From Mobula hypostoma (taxonomy: Eukaryota), in assembly GCF_963921235.1 (NCBI RefSeq), contig NC_086108.1:74712001-74776000 (forward strand): DNA of 64,000 bases. Reading direction: 5' to 3'. The notes under the pieces were generated by a model. That model saw nothing but the letters and a program-made list of their open reading frames with translations, searched no databases and had not been told where the DNA came from. The position numbers and the translations under genes are program-made. Below are positions 1 to 12,388 of the stretch, one piece after another. Every line of letters begins with the position of its first letter. The first letter of the stretch is position 1.

Positions 1-369
1 GTGAACTTTCTTCACTCATACGATGGTAAGCATGCAGAATACTAGGAGCTCAAATTGCTAACTGTGGATAGATTTCTAGACAGTTGAGGTAGAGATTGAG
101 CCATGATTGTATTGCATAGTGGAGAAGGCTTGAAGGCTAAGTGGTCTATGCCTCTTATTTTCCCATGTGTCTTTGTATGACTAATAGTTCGTTGCTCCTG
201 ACATCGGTCCAGTGTTTCCTTATCCTTCAGAGTATATGTCAGTTATCACACAGAGCATGGTGGATATCTGAAACTCAAATTCAGAGAATTTATTGAGAGT
301 AAAAGAAGTTTGAATTCTGGTTAACTGTTGGTCACAAAGATATTGCACATAGACGTGACAATCTTCAGA

Positions 370-525
370 TGAGGAAGTGTTGAAGTCACAAACAATCACA
401 ATGTTTAACAGACATGTAGATAGGCGCTTAAATAGGTAAGGCATTGAAGGATCTAATGTGGGCAAATGGGATCAGTATAAATGGGTAAAATGGACAAAGG
501 GCCATTTTTATGCTGTACAATTATG
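370..525 (+). mobile_element. CR1 LINE 3' end fragment (a similar relic lies at about 1-175)
   Basis: Degenerate CR1 ORF2 end and 3' UTR (gaggaagtgttgaag...tttaacagacatgtagatagg...aagggcc...tgctgtac), similar to the CR1 tails at 4500-4680 and 37200-37385. Confidence 0.6.
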
Positions 526-1104
526 TCCATGACATTATGACGTTAATTCATAAATGAAGAAACCAGTGTTATCAACAGAATTTTGGAATAGCTATCAACA
601 ACCAGTTTTATCAGAGATTTGTGTTCGCCCACCCATATTTTCCATTGTGGCATCTTGTATTCCCTCAGTTTATGGTTCTGGCTCCTAGGAATGGGTCCAA
701 AAGATTTTTGGGAACCACAAAGATTATTCTTGCAATATTATTATAGGGTTTACAGACTGAAGAATGTTGCAGCATTTTGAGGAGGGGGTAATTTGAAGAT
801 CTATAAATATATGTATTACAACATGATATAATTTTATACTACATTAGTTTACTTTGATTAGGGATTTTTAACTGGGATTATCCATTTGGTCAAACTGAGC
901 GAAGTTAAATATTAAGTTGTACATATTTCTACTGTATGTCATTCATTAATATTGGTCCCTTTGTTTTGATATTTGTAATTATCAGTCTCTGCCTTTCAAG
1001 CCACATATTTTTATTGAAATGTGGATTTCTGAACATAATTTACTGCCCAATTAATTGAAAAGAAGAAAATAATTGCAGTTGATTGATTTCAGAAGTAAAA
1101 AACG

Positions 1105-1320
1105 ACTCTGTATGGAGTTTGTGTGTTCTCCCAGTGACTGTGTGGGTTTCCTCCAGGTGCTCTGTTTCCTCTCACAGTCCAAAGGTGTATTGGTTGGTAG
1201 GTTAAGTGGTCATTGTAAATTGTACCATGATTAGGCTATGGTTAAATCGGGGTTGCTGGGTGGTGCGGTTTGAAGGGCCAAAAGGCCTGTTGCCGGCATT
1301 GTATCTCAATAAATTAAAAG
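1105..1320 (+). mobile_element. V-SINE (HE1-like) fragment
   Basis: V-domain motif ctgtatggagtttgtgtgttctcccagtgactgtgtgggtttcctccaggtgctc...cacagtccaaag, followed by an A-rich tail. Confidence 0.75.
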
Positions 1321-2154
1321 AAAAATAACTTTTAAAACTTTGGTCATGGTAAGGAGAAGGAAATAGCTTCAGTGATGATCAGAGTCAGGGTTGTCTGCCC
1401 CCCACTTTCACCGGCAGCCTAGGCGATCACCCATGACTGAGATGACAGTGGGTTTAGGGCAGCCAGACAAGCAAAGCAGCATGTGCAACTTCGTATGGTT
1501 AGAGAGCTCTTTTGCTTCATCTGAATCCTTTGGTTTCTTGAAACCTGAAATCTGAGTCCTTATTTATATTTCAGGAGTGGCTCAGGAGTGGCTCAGAAGC
1601 GGTCTTATCATAATCTCTTATCCTCTCTTGTTCCTTTATGAGACATGAATAATATAGTAATCATTTCTTGTAGTTGAGTTTGTTTGGAAAATTGTGAGCT
1701 TGTTGTTTTAAAGATGGTCATTTCTGAGCATAATATCCTTGCGACTTGCTTTTAACTAGAATTCATGTTTTCTTTCAAATAAAATCTCTGATTACTAACA
1801 GAGGCTTAATGGATTCAGAATATTTTCACTCCTAGCTCATCAGATCCTGACTAAATGGTGCATTTTTCCTGAACACATTGTGGCTGCTTAATAATGCAGT
1901 AGTAAGCTGTGACCTTTATCCTCATGTCTATATCTGTTACATGACGTAGCATTGTTCTGTTGGAGCTGGGGTTGTAAAGGCTGACTCACGCATTTCTACC
2001 ACCCAGATATTGGAAGGAAGCCCCATTACTCATAACTGTATGTAATGAGCTTTTGTCTTTCATTTTAAAGACACTACTGCAGTAGAATAGAAAGTAGTAA
2101 ATTAGGTTTTGGCCTGAAATTATCGTACATGCATTTTCTGTTTGTAGGACAAAT

Positions 2155-4682
2155 TACTTGTTTAAAAAGAGGGAAGATGGTTTGCAACTGTACTGGAAGG
2201 GGACAAATACCCTAGCGGGAAGGTTTGCTAGTACTGCACTGTATGGGGGGGTGGGGGGGGGGAGGGTTAAACTAGAGTTGAAGGGGGTTGTGAACCAAAG
2301 AGCCAGAACAGATAGTGGAGTGGTTGTGGGGAAAGATGTTGCTAAGTCTACATGCAAAGTCAGGAATCAAAAGGGGGCTAATGTTCTGAGCTGCATATAT
2401 TTCAATACAAGGAGTATTGAACAAAAGCCGAATACCCTGGGGCATAGATCAGCATGCGAAATTATAATGTTGTGACCATTAGTGAGACTTGGTTGCAAGA
2501 GGGGCAGAACCAGCAGCTCAACATTCCAGGGTTCCATTGTTTTAGATGTGATAGAGCGGGAGGCATTAAACGTGGAAGGATGCCGTTACTCTTCAGGGAA
2601 AATTTCAGGATGGTGTTCAGTCAGGACAGACTGGAGAGCTTGTCTAGTGATGCTTTATGGGTAGTACTGAGGAATAAGATAGGTATAACCATGTTAATGG
2701 GATTATATTATAGACTACCTAACAGTCCGTGGGATTTAGAGGAATAAATTTATAGAGAGATTACAGAGTGTTGCAAGAAACATAAGGTTGTGATAATAAG
2801 TGATTTTAACTTTCCACATATTGTACGGGAGTCCCAGTCTGTAAAAGGGCTGGATGGGAAAGAGTTTCTCAGATGTGTTCAGGGAAGTTTACTTCATCAG
2901 TACATAGATGCCCCAACGAGAGAGAGTGCAATACTAGTTCTCCAGTTAGGGAATGAGACAGAGCAGCTGACAGAAGTTTGTGTAGGGATACACCTTGCAC
3001 CTAGTGATCATAATGTTTTTTGGTAAAAGTGTACTTAGTATGTGGGAAGCCTTCACAAGTGAAATTTTGAGAGTACAGAATTTGTATATTCCTGTCAGAA
3101 TAAAGGGCAATGATAACAGGTTTAGGGAACCTTGGTTTTCGAGAGAAATTGAGGCCCTGGTTAAGGAAAAAAAGGAGATGCATAGCAAGTCTAGGCAGGC
3201 AGGAATAAATGAGGTACTTAAGCAGTATAAGAAATGTAAGAGAACACTTTTAAGAAGGAAATTAGGAGGGCTAAAAGAAGGCATGAGGTTGTTCTAGTAG
3301 ACAAAGTAAAGGAGAATCCCAAGGGATTAGTGTCATAGTCATAGAGAAATACAATGCAGATACATGCCCTTCGGCCCATCTAGTTCATGCCAAAAACTAT
3401 TTAAACTGCTTACTCCCTTTGACTTACACCGATACCATAGCCCTCCATACCCCTATCATCCATGTACCCAGCCAAACTTCGCTTAAAATGTTGAAATTGA
3501 GCTTGCATGCACCACTTGTGCGGGCAGCTCATTCCATACTCTCTCAACCCCCTGAGTGAAGAATGGATGAGAGGCTTCTACAGATATATTAAAAGCAAGA
3601 TGATAGCAAGGGCCAAAAATTGGTCCTCTGGAATATCAGAGTGGTAATCTATGTGTGGAGCCAAAAGAGTTGGGTGATCTTAAATGTATTTTTTGCACCT
3701 TGGGGGGCAATGCAGCTGCAAGGTTGTGGACCCTGTACAGATTACAGAAGCGGAGGTGTTTGCTGTCTTTTGGCAAATTAGGGTGAATAAATCACCAGGG
3801 TCTGACAAGGTCTTCCCTTGGACCCTGTGGGAGGCAAGTGCAGAAACTGCAGGAGCCCTAGCAGAGATATTTAAGAAAGACTATAAGAATAAGCCAGGAA
3901 ATTACAGGCTGGTGGGCCTGATGTGAGTAGTGAGAGAGTCATTGGAAGGTATTCTAAGGGACCGGGTATTTAAGTATTTGGATAGACAGGTACTGATTAG
4001 GTGTAGTCAACATAGGAATACAGATCCATAATTCCTTGAAAGTGGCATCACAGGTAGATAATGTTGTTAAAGAAAGCTTTTGGCAAATTAGCTTAATTAA
4101 TCAATGCATTGAGTACAGGAGTTGGGATGTTTTGTTGAAATTTTATAAGAGGTCTAATTTGGAGTATTGTGTGCAGTTTTGGTCACCTAGCTACAGGAAA
4201 GATGTAAATAAGATCTAAGGAATGCAGAGAAAATTTGCAAGGGTGTTGCCAGGACTTGTGGACCTGAGTTATAGGGAAATGTGGAATAGGTTAGGGATTT
4301 ATTCCATAGAATTTAGAAGATTGAGGGGAGATTTAGTATAGGTATACAAAATTGAGGGTATAGATATGGTAAATGCAAGCAGGCTTTTTCCACTGAGGCT
4401 GGGTGAGACTACAACTAGGTGTTACGGATTAAGGATGAAAGGTAGGAAACTTAAGGGGAACACGAAGGGGACCTTCACTTGGGGGTGGTGAGAGCGTGGA
4501 ATGAGCTGCCAGTGCAGGTTCGATTTTAACAGGTAAGAGAAATTTGGATAGGTACGTGGATGGGAGGGGTATGGAGGGCTATGGTCCAGTTGCAGGTCGA
4601 TGGGACTAAGCAACTTAATGGTTCGGCATGGACCAGATGGGGCAAAGGGCGTGTTTCTGTGCTGTAGTGTTCTATGACTCTA
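2155..4682 (+). mobile_element. CR1 LINE, degraded, with ORF1 end, APE endonuclease and internally deleted ORF2
   Basis: ORF1 esterase-like end (DGLQLYWKGTNTLAGRFA), EN motifs (YFNTRSI, ISETWL, SDFNFP, SDHN), KSPGSD and NKPGNYR, then a jump to LEYCVQFWSP and the 3' UTR tail ttctatgactcta. The RT catalytic core is missing. Confidence 0.9.
3332..3562 (-). mobile_element. CR1 3' end nested inside the 2155-4682 CR1
   Basis: Reverse CR1 tail gtcatagtcatag...ccttcggcccatctag...ccatagccctccatacccc interrupts the host ENPKG/FYRYIK frame. Confidence 0.8.
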
Positions 4683-6139
4683 AAAGTTTGTTTCATGCTT
4701 TTCTATTGAATTGCACAACTAGACTGATTCTTCAATAGTCCAGTCCACTGAACAGAGCTCTGATTTTATTAGAGCTCTACATTTGTAAAATGTAAAAACA
4801 AATTGAATCTGTAAGTGCACATTATGTTTCTGAGGTATTGAATATACAAGGCATTCAATATGTATTTGTGAATACAAGTATTATGCTTGCTTTTAACAAA
4901 TGATGTAATGACCTTGATGCCACTGGCAAAGCCAAGACTGAACCAAGTCTTTGTGGATTGTATGGTAGATTGTCCTCACTTTGACACAGTATCCTGTTTA
5001 TTAACAGCTGGTCCATGATTTTCCAATCCATATCACTTGTACTAAGTCCCTTGTTAGAGGGAAGACTTGGATTCACGACACTTTTGTGTGAACATTATAA
5101 GGTGAAACTTTAAGGGCTTGATAATAATTTGCAACTGATTTGTGGTGTGTATCATGTAGAAGGTGACTACTGACTGACACCCTGTTCTTTCCACGTCATG
5201 TTTCATTTCACTATTACTAAGGGTTAACAGTATACTGTACATAAGCAAGCACAGCTGACTACTCCACGTGGTACTTGAAAAGCTAAATGCAACCTTGTTG
5301 TAAAGGCCACTCATCATCACTGCTGATATTCAGCTCTTTACATGTTTGGGGCAAGGCCATGATGGGGGGAAAAACAGTGACTGCTGCTTTACTGATGGAG
5401 GAGTTCACGGTAATTTACCTTCTTATGCAAAATCCATTTGATAGATTACAGTGGGATTCATTTTGAATGGCTAGTGCTTTTCTGTTTGACACTTCTTTGT
5501 ATGAGTTCCATAACTTGGTTAAATACCACTTTTTTAATGTTACAAGTACACACTCATGCTCGGACACATATGTACATACACACACAATCCCCTCATCCTT
5601 GTATAGTATATGGAATTTTTTTTCCCCAGAAGTGTTGTGGGAAGTGTAAGAAACCTATATCCTAGAGTTCTGTTGAGTGCCAATAAACCTGATGACAGTA
5701 ATAAAATACATGCTCCTCTGAAATTGTGAATCCATTTCATGATAACAGATTCAGAACATGTTCATACAGGCTAAAAGACAAAGGATGACTTTGGACAATT
5801 CATTGCAATTGAATTGTATAGTCTGAGAAACTTCATTTTCCTCCATATCCCCTTGAGTTTATATTTTAGTACAGATTGTTTTGTAAAGGAAGTTGAATGT
5901 GCTTAAAATAGTCTAAAGCCGTTTAAAGGCAAAGCATTGTCTGTAATAGAAAGAACAGAGATGCTTTCAACAGGATATTGTATGAATGCATGGTAATAAT
6001 AAAATCAGAAAGCAGATTTTGGTGCTGAACAACAGAATAAACTGATTAGTCATAAGCTGCTGTTTCTTTGCATATTCCATAATGCATTGGTGGTACAGGG
6101 TTGTTCATTCATTAAATGTGGTAGTTATTTTAGCCAGCA

Positions 6140-6440
6140 AGAAAGAACGTGCATTGTTGTACTTCATATCATAAAATCTCCTGAAGAACTTGACAACTAA
6201 TCAATTGCTTTGCAATCTGTTTTACTGGGGTTATATGGACAAATGCTGAGGCCTAGAAAAAGGAAAGAGATAAACGAGCATTTAACTAGTTTTGTTAACA
6301 TATGTTGAAGGTCATTATCATATACTGATAATGCCAGAGATCTTTTATTGAAGAGTGAAGTCAGGATGTAAGATCTCATCTGAAACAGCACATATTGACA
6401 ACATATCACTCCTTTAATTCAGCACTCAGCACCATGCCTC
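6140..6440 (-). mobile_element. Ancient Deu-domain SINE relic
   Basis: Reverse similarity to the SacSINE1/AmnSINE-type body (aagaaagaacgtgcatt..., gatcttttatt..., tctcatctgaaacagcac...gacaacatatcactcc). Highly diverged. Confidence 0.45.
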
Positions 6441-6639
6441 ATCATGCATTCTCATGTCAGCAGTGATGGCCTTAACAGCAAGGTCACATTTGAGAGAGTC
6501 TTCCATCAAAGTCCTGCCAAAATTTGTCGATGGGAAACCCATTATCTAAGTAGAGTTTTGCTTCACATAAAAAAAGGTGATATAGTTGTTAGAGGCCTGG
6601 TTCTGGTCCCAGAACTTTACAGAGGTTTCTCAGGACAAC

Positions 6640-7330
6640 ATTCTAACCATCTGCAGTTGTTTTGTTAAATCAAAAGGTCAGAAATGGGGATGCTCACTGG
6701 ACATTGCACAGTATTATTTGAAAGTTAAAAGTCTTTTGCTAAAGGAACAAATCAAAGGCAGTGTATCTTTGGGTGAATAATTCATATCAAGATTCCTCAC
6801 AGTTTTCACAGCTTCTGTGAGGCACATATCAAGTGAGTGATGGACTTCTCTCCACTTGTTTGGAAAAATACATGTTCAGGAACACCTATGTATGTTAACA
6901 TGATTCAGTGCAAAGCAGCTGAATTGAATGACACCCTAACCACCATCCTGAACATTCACTCCCTTCTCTGTAGATGCAACATGACTGCAGTGTGTTGCAT
7001 CTTTAAAATGTTCAGGAATTACATGCTTGCTTCACTAATAATATCTCCCAAGCTTGCATCCTCCACTGCAATAAAGCATACGGACAACAGGAACATGGAA
7101 GCACCATTATCTGCCAGCTCCCCTCCACGTTCTGACTGAGAAGTATATTGCCATTCCTGTGTTTTCAAGGGGTCAATACCATGAACTTTGTCACTCAACA
7201 ACACTGTGAGACTGCCATCGCAGGAAGGATTGTTACAGTTCGAGGAGTGGCTGAACATCATCTTCTCAAGGGCGGGTAGAGGTAGTCACTAAATACTGTT
7301 TTATTTTCCAGCCATGCCCACCTCCTGAAA
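6640..7330 (+). mobile_element. Ancient CR1/L2-group LINE 3' relic
   Basis: Degenerate motifs aagtgagtgatggacttctctccacttg and aacattcactcccttctc...cagtgtgttgcatc...caggaaggattgttacagttcgaggag. Confidence 0.5.
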
Positions 7331-7514
7331 AAATGAATAAGTTGGAGCACTGGATAGATCCTGAAGCCACAGACTTCTCAGTTAGAAAAGAACAGATCAG
7401 GCTGAAGTGTATGGGCTTTGTGATAGTGAGCGTGTGGGCATCATTTTGTAACTGGTTTTCATTCTCTTCACTGGGCCAAGATCTCAGTGTAATCTACAGC
7501 GTTTATAATAGGCA

Positions 7515-8070
7515 GAATCAGAATCAGGTTTAATATCACCGACTTATGCCGTGAAATTTGATAACTTTAAGGCAGCAGTCCAATGAAATACGGAATAAGT
7601 AAATATTGTGGAAAAAACTGAATGACATTAAGTATATATATGTCTATTAAATAGTTGTTAAATTTAGTAAAGCAAAAAAAAACAGAGATCAAAAAGTAGC
7701 AAGGTAGTGTTCATGTGTTCAATGGCCATTTAGAAATCAGAAGGCCAAGGGGAAGAAGCTGTTCCTGAATCACTGAATGTGTGCCTTCAAGCTTCTGTAC
7801 GTCCTTCCCGATGGTAACAATGAGAGGAGAGCATGTCCTGGGTGATGGCTATCCTTAATGATGAACACTGTCTTCCTTAAGGCACCACTCCTTGAAGATG
7901 TCTTGGATACTACGGAAGCTAGTATCCATGATGGAGATGACTCATTTTACAAGTTTCTGCAACTTAATTCAATCTTGTGCAGTAGCCCCCCCCCCCCGCC
8001 CCATCTAAGACGGTGATGCAGCTAGTCAGAATGCTCTCCATGGCACATTTGTAGATGTTTTCAAGTGCAT
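7515..8070 (-). mobile_element. Rex1/Babar LINE 3' fragment
   Basis: (GAATCA)n tail on the + strand; the minus strand encodes an HHPGHALLSLLPSGRTYRSLKAHIQ-like Rex1 C-terminus. Confidence 0.8.
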
Positions 8071-8599
8071 CCAATCAAATACAAAATGAATATATATCCT
8101 CCTCTTTTACAAATTTTGTAAATTTGTTTCTATCTGTCTTGATGCCAAGAAGTGGGTTCACACACAATGCAGACTTCAAAATTTTTGGAGCTTTTGTGAA
8201 GGAATGAGAAAATGCCTTTAATATTCCCAACATTTTACTAGTGGAAAAGGTCATTGACTACAACACCTGTAATATACAGTAAATGCATAACAATTACAGT
8301 GTTCTTGGAAAATAATTTTGCTTTGTATGTAAAGTTTTGCTTTGAAGCCATTTGAATTTCCTGTCAGACCAATGCCCTTCAAAATTTCCTGTTCCCTAGT
8401 TGCCTCCAGAGATTAAAGGATGCTGTAGTACCCTGATGATGTAATTGGGCAGCCAGGAAGCGAGTTTAGTATTGCATCCGCTCATTGACTGTCTTTGGCA
8501 GCTGTGCCTTCATGGCTCAAACTGCTTTTGGTGTGGTGGGAAATGGGAAAATAGAATCAATCTGGACCTCCAGCTAATGGTCTCTGAAGGATTCCTTTT

Positions 8600-8604
<5 letters not shown>

Positions 8605-8633
<29 letters not shown>
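8605..8633. repeat. (TG)n microsatellite
   Basis: About 14 TG units seen directly. Confidence 0.95.
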
Positions 8634-8639
<6 letters not shown>

Positions 8640-8719
8640 CTGCAATGAAACAAATGTGTAGACATTTTACTATGTACCTTTCTCCTTTAAATTGCTTTCC
8701 ATGAGTGCTGTATTTGTAG

Positions 8720-9070
8720 TGAAAAAAGCATAGATTGGTGTAGCACCATTCGTGATCTTGTGATAGCTAGTGTTTTTTTACAATCTTTTATGTATATTTG
8801 AAATACATCAACAGTAGTAAAGTGGGAAATGTAGTGGTCAATTTGTGCAAAGCTTGATCCTACAACCACACTACAATAAATAAGGAAATTGCATAGTGAT
8901 ATCCAAAAAAAGAAAATGACATTTTGCCGAAATATCAAGGTTAACTACAGTATATTATTTCTAACTTACACCAAGGTATGTGGACTTCTAGTTGCCAGAC
9001 ATAGGTGGGATTTTATACATCCAATTCTATATGTGGAATGAAACTGCATCTTATCTTAAAGATGAGCTTC
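8720..9070 (-). mobile_element. Ancient Deu-domain SINE relic
   Basis: Reverse Deu-like text aagtgggaaatgtagtggtcaatttgtgcaaagcttgatcctacaacc and gtgggattttatacatcca. Confidence 0.45.
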
Positions 9071-9084
9071 ATTTATCTCATGTA

Positions 9085-9322
9085 TACAGTGAAATATGTC
9101 GTTGGTGTTCACACAGTCTGAGGATGCACTGGGTACAGAGTGCAAGTGTCGCCATCTTTCCGGTGCCAACATAGCATGCCCACAACTCATTAACCCAGAG
9201 GAAACTCACAGTCATAGGGGGAAAGTACAAACTCCTTGCAGACAGCAACGGGAATTGAAACCCAGACTTCTGATCACTGGCACTGTAAAACATCACGCTA
9301 ACCACTATGCGACTGTGTCACC
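9085..9322 (-). mobile_element. tRNA-headed V-SINE
   Basis: Reverse V-domain (aacccagaggaaactcac...gtacaaactccttgcagacag), B-box-like gggaattgaaaccc and A-box-like cgctaaccactatgc. Confidence 0.75.
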
Positions 9323-10078
9323 CATAGTTCTTGATGTGTATGGGGAAATTACTATCCAGAAGGCATCATATATTTACCATGAAAGACAATGACAATATGT
9401 AGAACTTTTAGTCTGTTGAGTATAGTGTTTGCCATCTGACAATAGGGGGATGAGGTATTTAATGAGTTTCACATGCAGCGATGGAAATGGAGCTCTTGAT
9501 AGCAGAGTGAAGCAGCAAAACAATCGTACCATCATTGGTCCACCTTGCTTTTATAATAATATGTACAATCAACAGAAATTGCTCTCATAGAGTGTGCCTT
9601 TAAGGAAATACAGAGCAGAAGATAGTCACCAATTAATGTAATCTCAGAATAGAATTAACTGCATTCATAAATTAAAGAATTGTGATGCAAAATTTTCCTT
9701 TTTTGTCTTTGTAACAGCAAAATTTCAAATAAATGCTTTGTTTGGGGTATGACAAAGATAGAAATTCTTTGTTAACGAGTTAACTGAGATACCCAACAGG
9801 AAGGAGACTGATGAACCAGAGATGACACATTCACTTAACTGTCAATACAACTAACCCCCCCCTTCCTCATATTTCAATCTGTTCATGACAGCTCCCCTAT
9901 CAGCTTGTCATTTTTATACAGAAAAAAGTCATATATACTAAATGCAAAGGAAAAAATGCTGTTTATGTATAATGCTGTTTAATCTCTTTAGGTTTGTATT
10001 GTGATAGAACCTCTTATGACTGATATAGAATAATGTTTTTGCACACCATCTCTAATCTATAACATACTTTACTTGTAG

Positions 10079-10198
10079 GCCTTCTACGTGTCCAATCTTT
10101 TTAAACCCAAGATGAAAGTACCCCCTCCACCTGTGCGAAGAGAGATAATTACCCCTGTGGACATCATTGACAGGAACAACCATCATGGGATGTGCTAA
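10079..10198 (+). CDS. PLPP3: Last coding exon of phospholipid phosphatase 3 (PLPP3/PPAP2B/LPP3)
   Basis: Acceptor ...tactttacttgtAG at 10077-10078, then a phase-0 frame AFYVSNLFKPKMKVPPPPVRREIITPVDIIDRNNHHGMC* (TAA 10196-10198). This matches the vertebrate PLPP3 C-terminus as I recall it (human ...FVSDLFK...RKEILSPVDIIDRNNHHNMM). Confidence 0.9.
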   Translation, partial: AFYVSNLFKPKMKVPPPPVRREIITPVDIIDRNNHHGMC

Positions 10199-11030
10199 TC
10201 ACCTTTGCAATATTGGAAATGTGTTCAACAGCAACAAATCAAAATGGACTGAAGCTGGTGCTGGTGAGAAAATAGTGACTGCTGAACAGCATGTATGCTG
10301 CTTTCTAATCTCATCTGACAGTAGAATGTAGGGGGAAAGACATTTTATCCACAATCTTGTGGGAACGTGTACCATAGCAGCATTTTAATCAAACCACAAA
10401 AACCACAGAGAAGGCATGAAAACTTAAAGCTTGTGAATTTGTTTGAACTTCAGTTGGCCATGAATGAATGCATTTGTTCAACAAAAGGAAAAGAAACTTT
10501 ATAATAAACATCATATGCAAAAACGTAACGGTGGCCATCTCATTTTAAGTGACAAGGACCACTGCAGCAAACTTTCATATTTTATATATAAATATATAAA
10601 AAACTAAAACAAGATAACTATGTAAAATATTATTTCTGAATCAATCTTTTTTTAGATATTTTATCCACTGCAATTAAAACCGTTTATGTGTCTTGACCTG
10701 TGTTATTTACAAAGTGCTGCTTAAAAAATAGCATTGATTTTTAAAAAAAAAACATATTTTGTATGTAGTCAACTAAAGTATTATAAGCTTTTTTTGAGGT
10801 GGGGATAATGTTCGATAAAAATACAGCTAGAGCCACTTGCATCGATAATAAACATCACAATAAGTCATTTGTTAGTACTCTATATTTTTATGTTTTGTAA
10901 AAAATGTTTAGCTTCAACTTATTTCTTGTAGAATTTGAATGTTAACATCTGACTATTTTTCTGATGTAATTAGCTGTATGTTTTGGTTATGTGCTTTTGA
11001 AATAAAAGCTTCTAATGGACAGCGTGCTAT
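10199..11030 (+). other. PLPP3: PLPP3 3' UTR (approximate end)
   Basis: TE-free AU-rich stretch after the stop, with AATAAA at 10503, 10847 and 11001. The last is followed by a GU/U-rich tract (tattgtttagttttcag). Confidence 0.6.
11001..11006 (+). terminator. Probable polyadenylation signal of PLPP3
   Basis: AATAAA with an upstream TGTA (10975) and U-rich tract, and a downstream GU-rich element. Confidence 0.55.
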
Positions 11031-12181
11031 TGTTTAGTTTTCAGATTTCCATTTTCTTTCTGCTGCACACATTACATTCAAATATAATTAAGATGTAATT
11101 ATTCATCCTTAAAGTGAGTACGTGGGATTTAACAAACTCTATATAAGTCGGACTTCTCTTTGTTTGGAAAAGGAGTATGGAGTATTACTTTCCGTACTCT
11201 GCACCAAGAAGGGATCCTGATCTCTGGCCTGAGATGCATCTCTTATCCAAAGTGGTATTTCAAGTAACATCACTGTTTGAAGAGCATAGGGCATTAATTT
11301 TCCTGAAAATTCAACCCAATTGGCACAGTTAAATGCGGCGCACGTTGTATTCTACCACTGAAATTTAGTTCCTTTGATTTCAGGAATATGGATTTCTAGA
11401 GCCAGAGTTCAACATATTAAAATAACCCCATAGTGTGTTCAAAACTAAAAATTGAAAATGAAACTCTAGTGTTTCCTTGCAACATCCCTCCTTTTGCCAA
11501 TGCTATCAAAACACACTATCTTGACATTCGTCTGTGGGCATGTGATTTTAATGCCCAGTTCTCCTCCTCTACAGTAGATTCCGTTGAATATGTTAATTCA
11601 CATCATGGATTTCTGCATCTTTGGAAAGCTGGCCTGCTGTTGGAAGGACTTGAAACATAAAGGCAAAATAGACAAGAATTTAATCCAGATAATATAGGAG
11701 TAATGTTGTTACTTCTCTATATTGTACCTCTTTTCACAGGGATCTGTGCATTATCATATAAGTGCAAGATGCTCTGACTTTTTAAGCAAATGGTCAAGTC
11801 CCATTGAAGCTACAACTATATCTACAGCAGACAAATGTATAACACAACCTATAGTTTGCTCTGCATGCCAGTAAGTAACTAAGTACTGTACATGTAATTT
11901 GTGCAGACACACCCAGCCCTGAGACACCAGTCAATATCATTTGATTCCAGACAATTGGTTTACAGACCAATACAGAATGTCTCTCTGGTGCTTCCCATTC
12001 CCTCCTCTCTCCCTTCTCCTTTTCTCAACTATGATCCTCCTTTCCCTGACCTCTTCCAACTCTCAGTCCACCAATCCACCATAGAGACCAATATCAGAAT
12101 CAGATTTATCATCACTGAGATATGTTATGCAATTTGTTTTTTTTGTGTGGTAACCGAATAGTGCAATACATAAGATTACTA

Positions 12182-12244
12182 CATTACTGTGCAAAAGTCT
12201 TGGGCACCCTAGCTATGTGTGCCTAAGACTTTTGCACAGTGTTG
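12182..12244. mobile_element. 63-bp Tc1/mariner-type mini-MITE
   Basis: TA | cattactgtgcaaaagtcttgggcac - 11 nt - gtgcctaagacttttgcacagtgttg | TA. The 26-bp inverted arms have TA flanks. Confidence 0.8.
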
Positions 12245-12388
12245 TATGTGCTGGGCACAGCACAGATCAACTGATATGTTAGTGTCCAAGAATTTAAAGC
12301 TGATGAATTCCCACCACCAATCCCCCCTGTGTTCAACCTCCTTCCCCTTCCTGAAGTCATCATTCACTTGTTTAGTATGTAAGTAAAT

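Noticed and set aside
1389..1470. Possible hairpin ttgtctgcc...ggcagccagacaa
   Set aside because: Arms are short and imperfect, with no TSD or family match.
1571..1597. tcaggagtggc direct repeat
   Set aside because: Only about 2.5 copies of an 11-mer, consistent with a slippage duplication. There are no spacers, so it is not CRISPR-like.
1..10078. Upstream PLPP3 exon (expected ...GLSRVSDxKHHPSDVLAG...)
   Set aside because: No such frame found by eye; it probably lies before the window.
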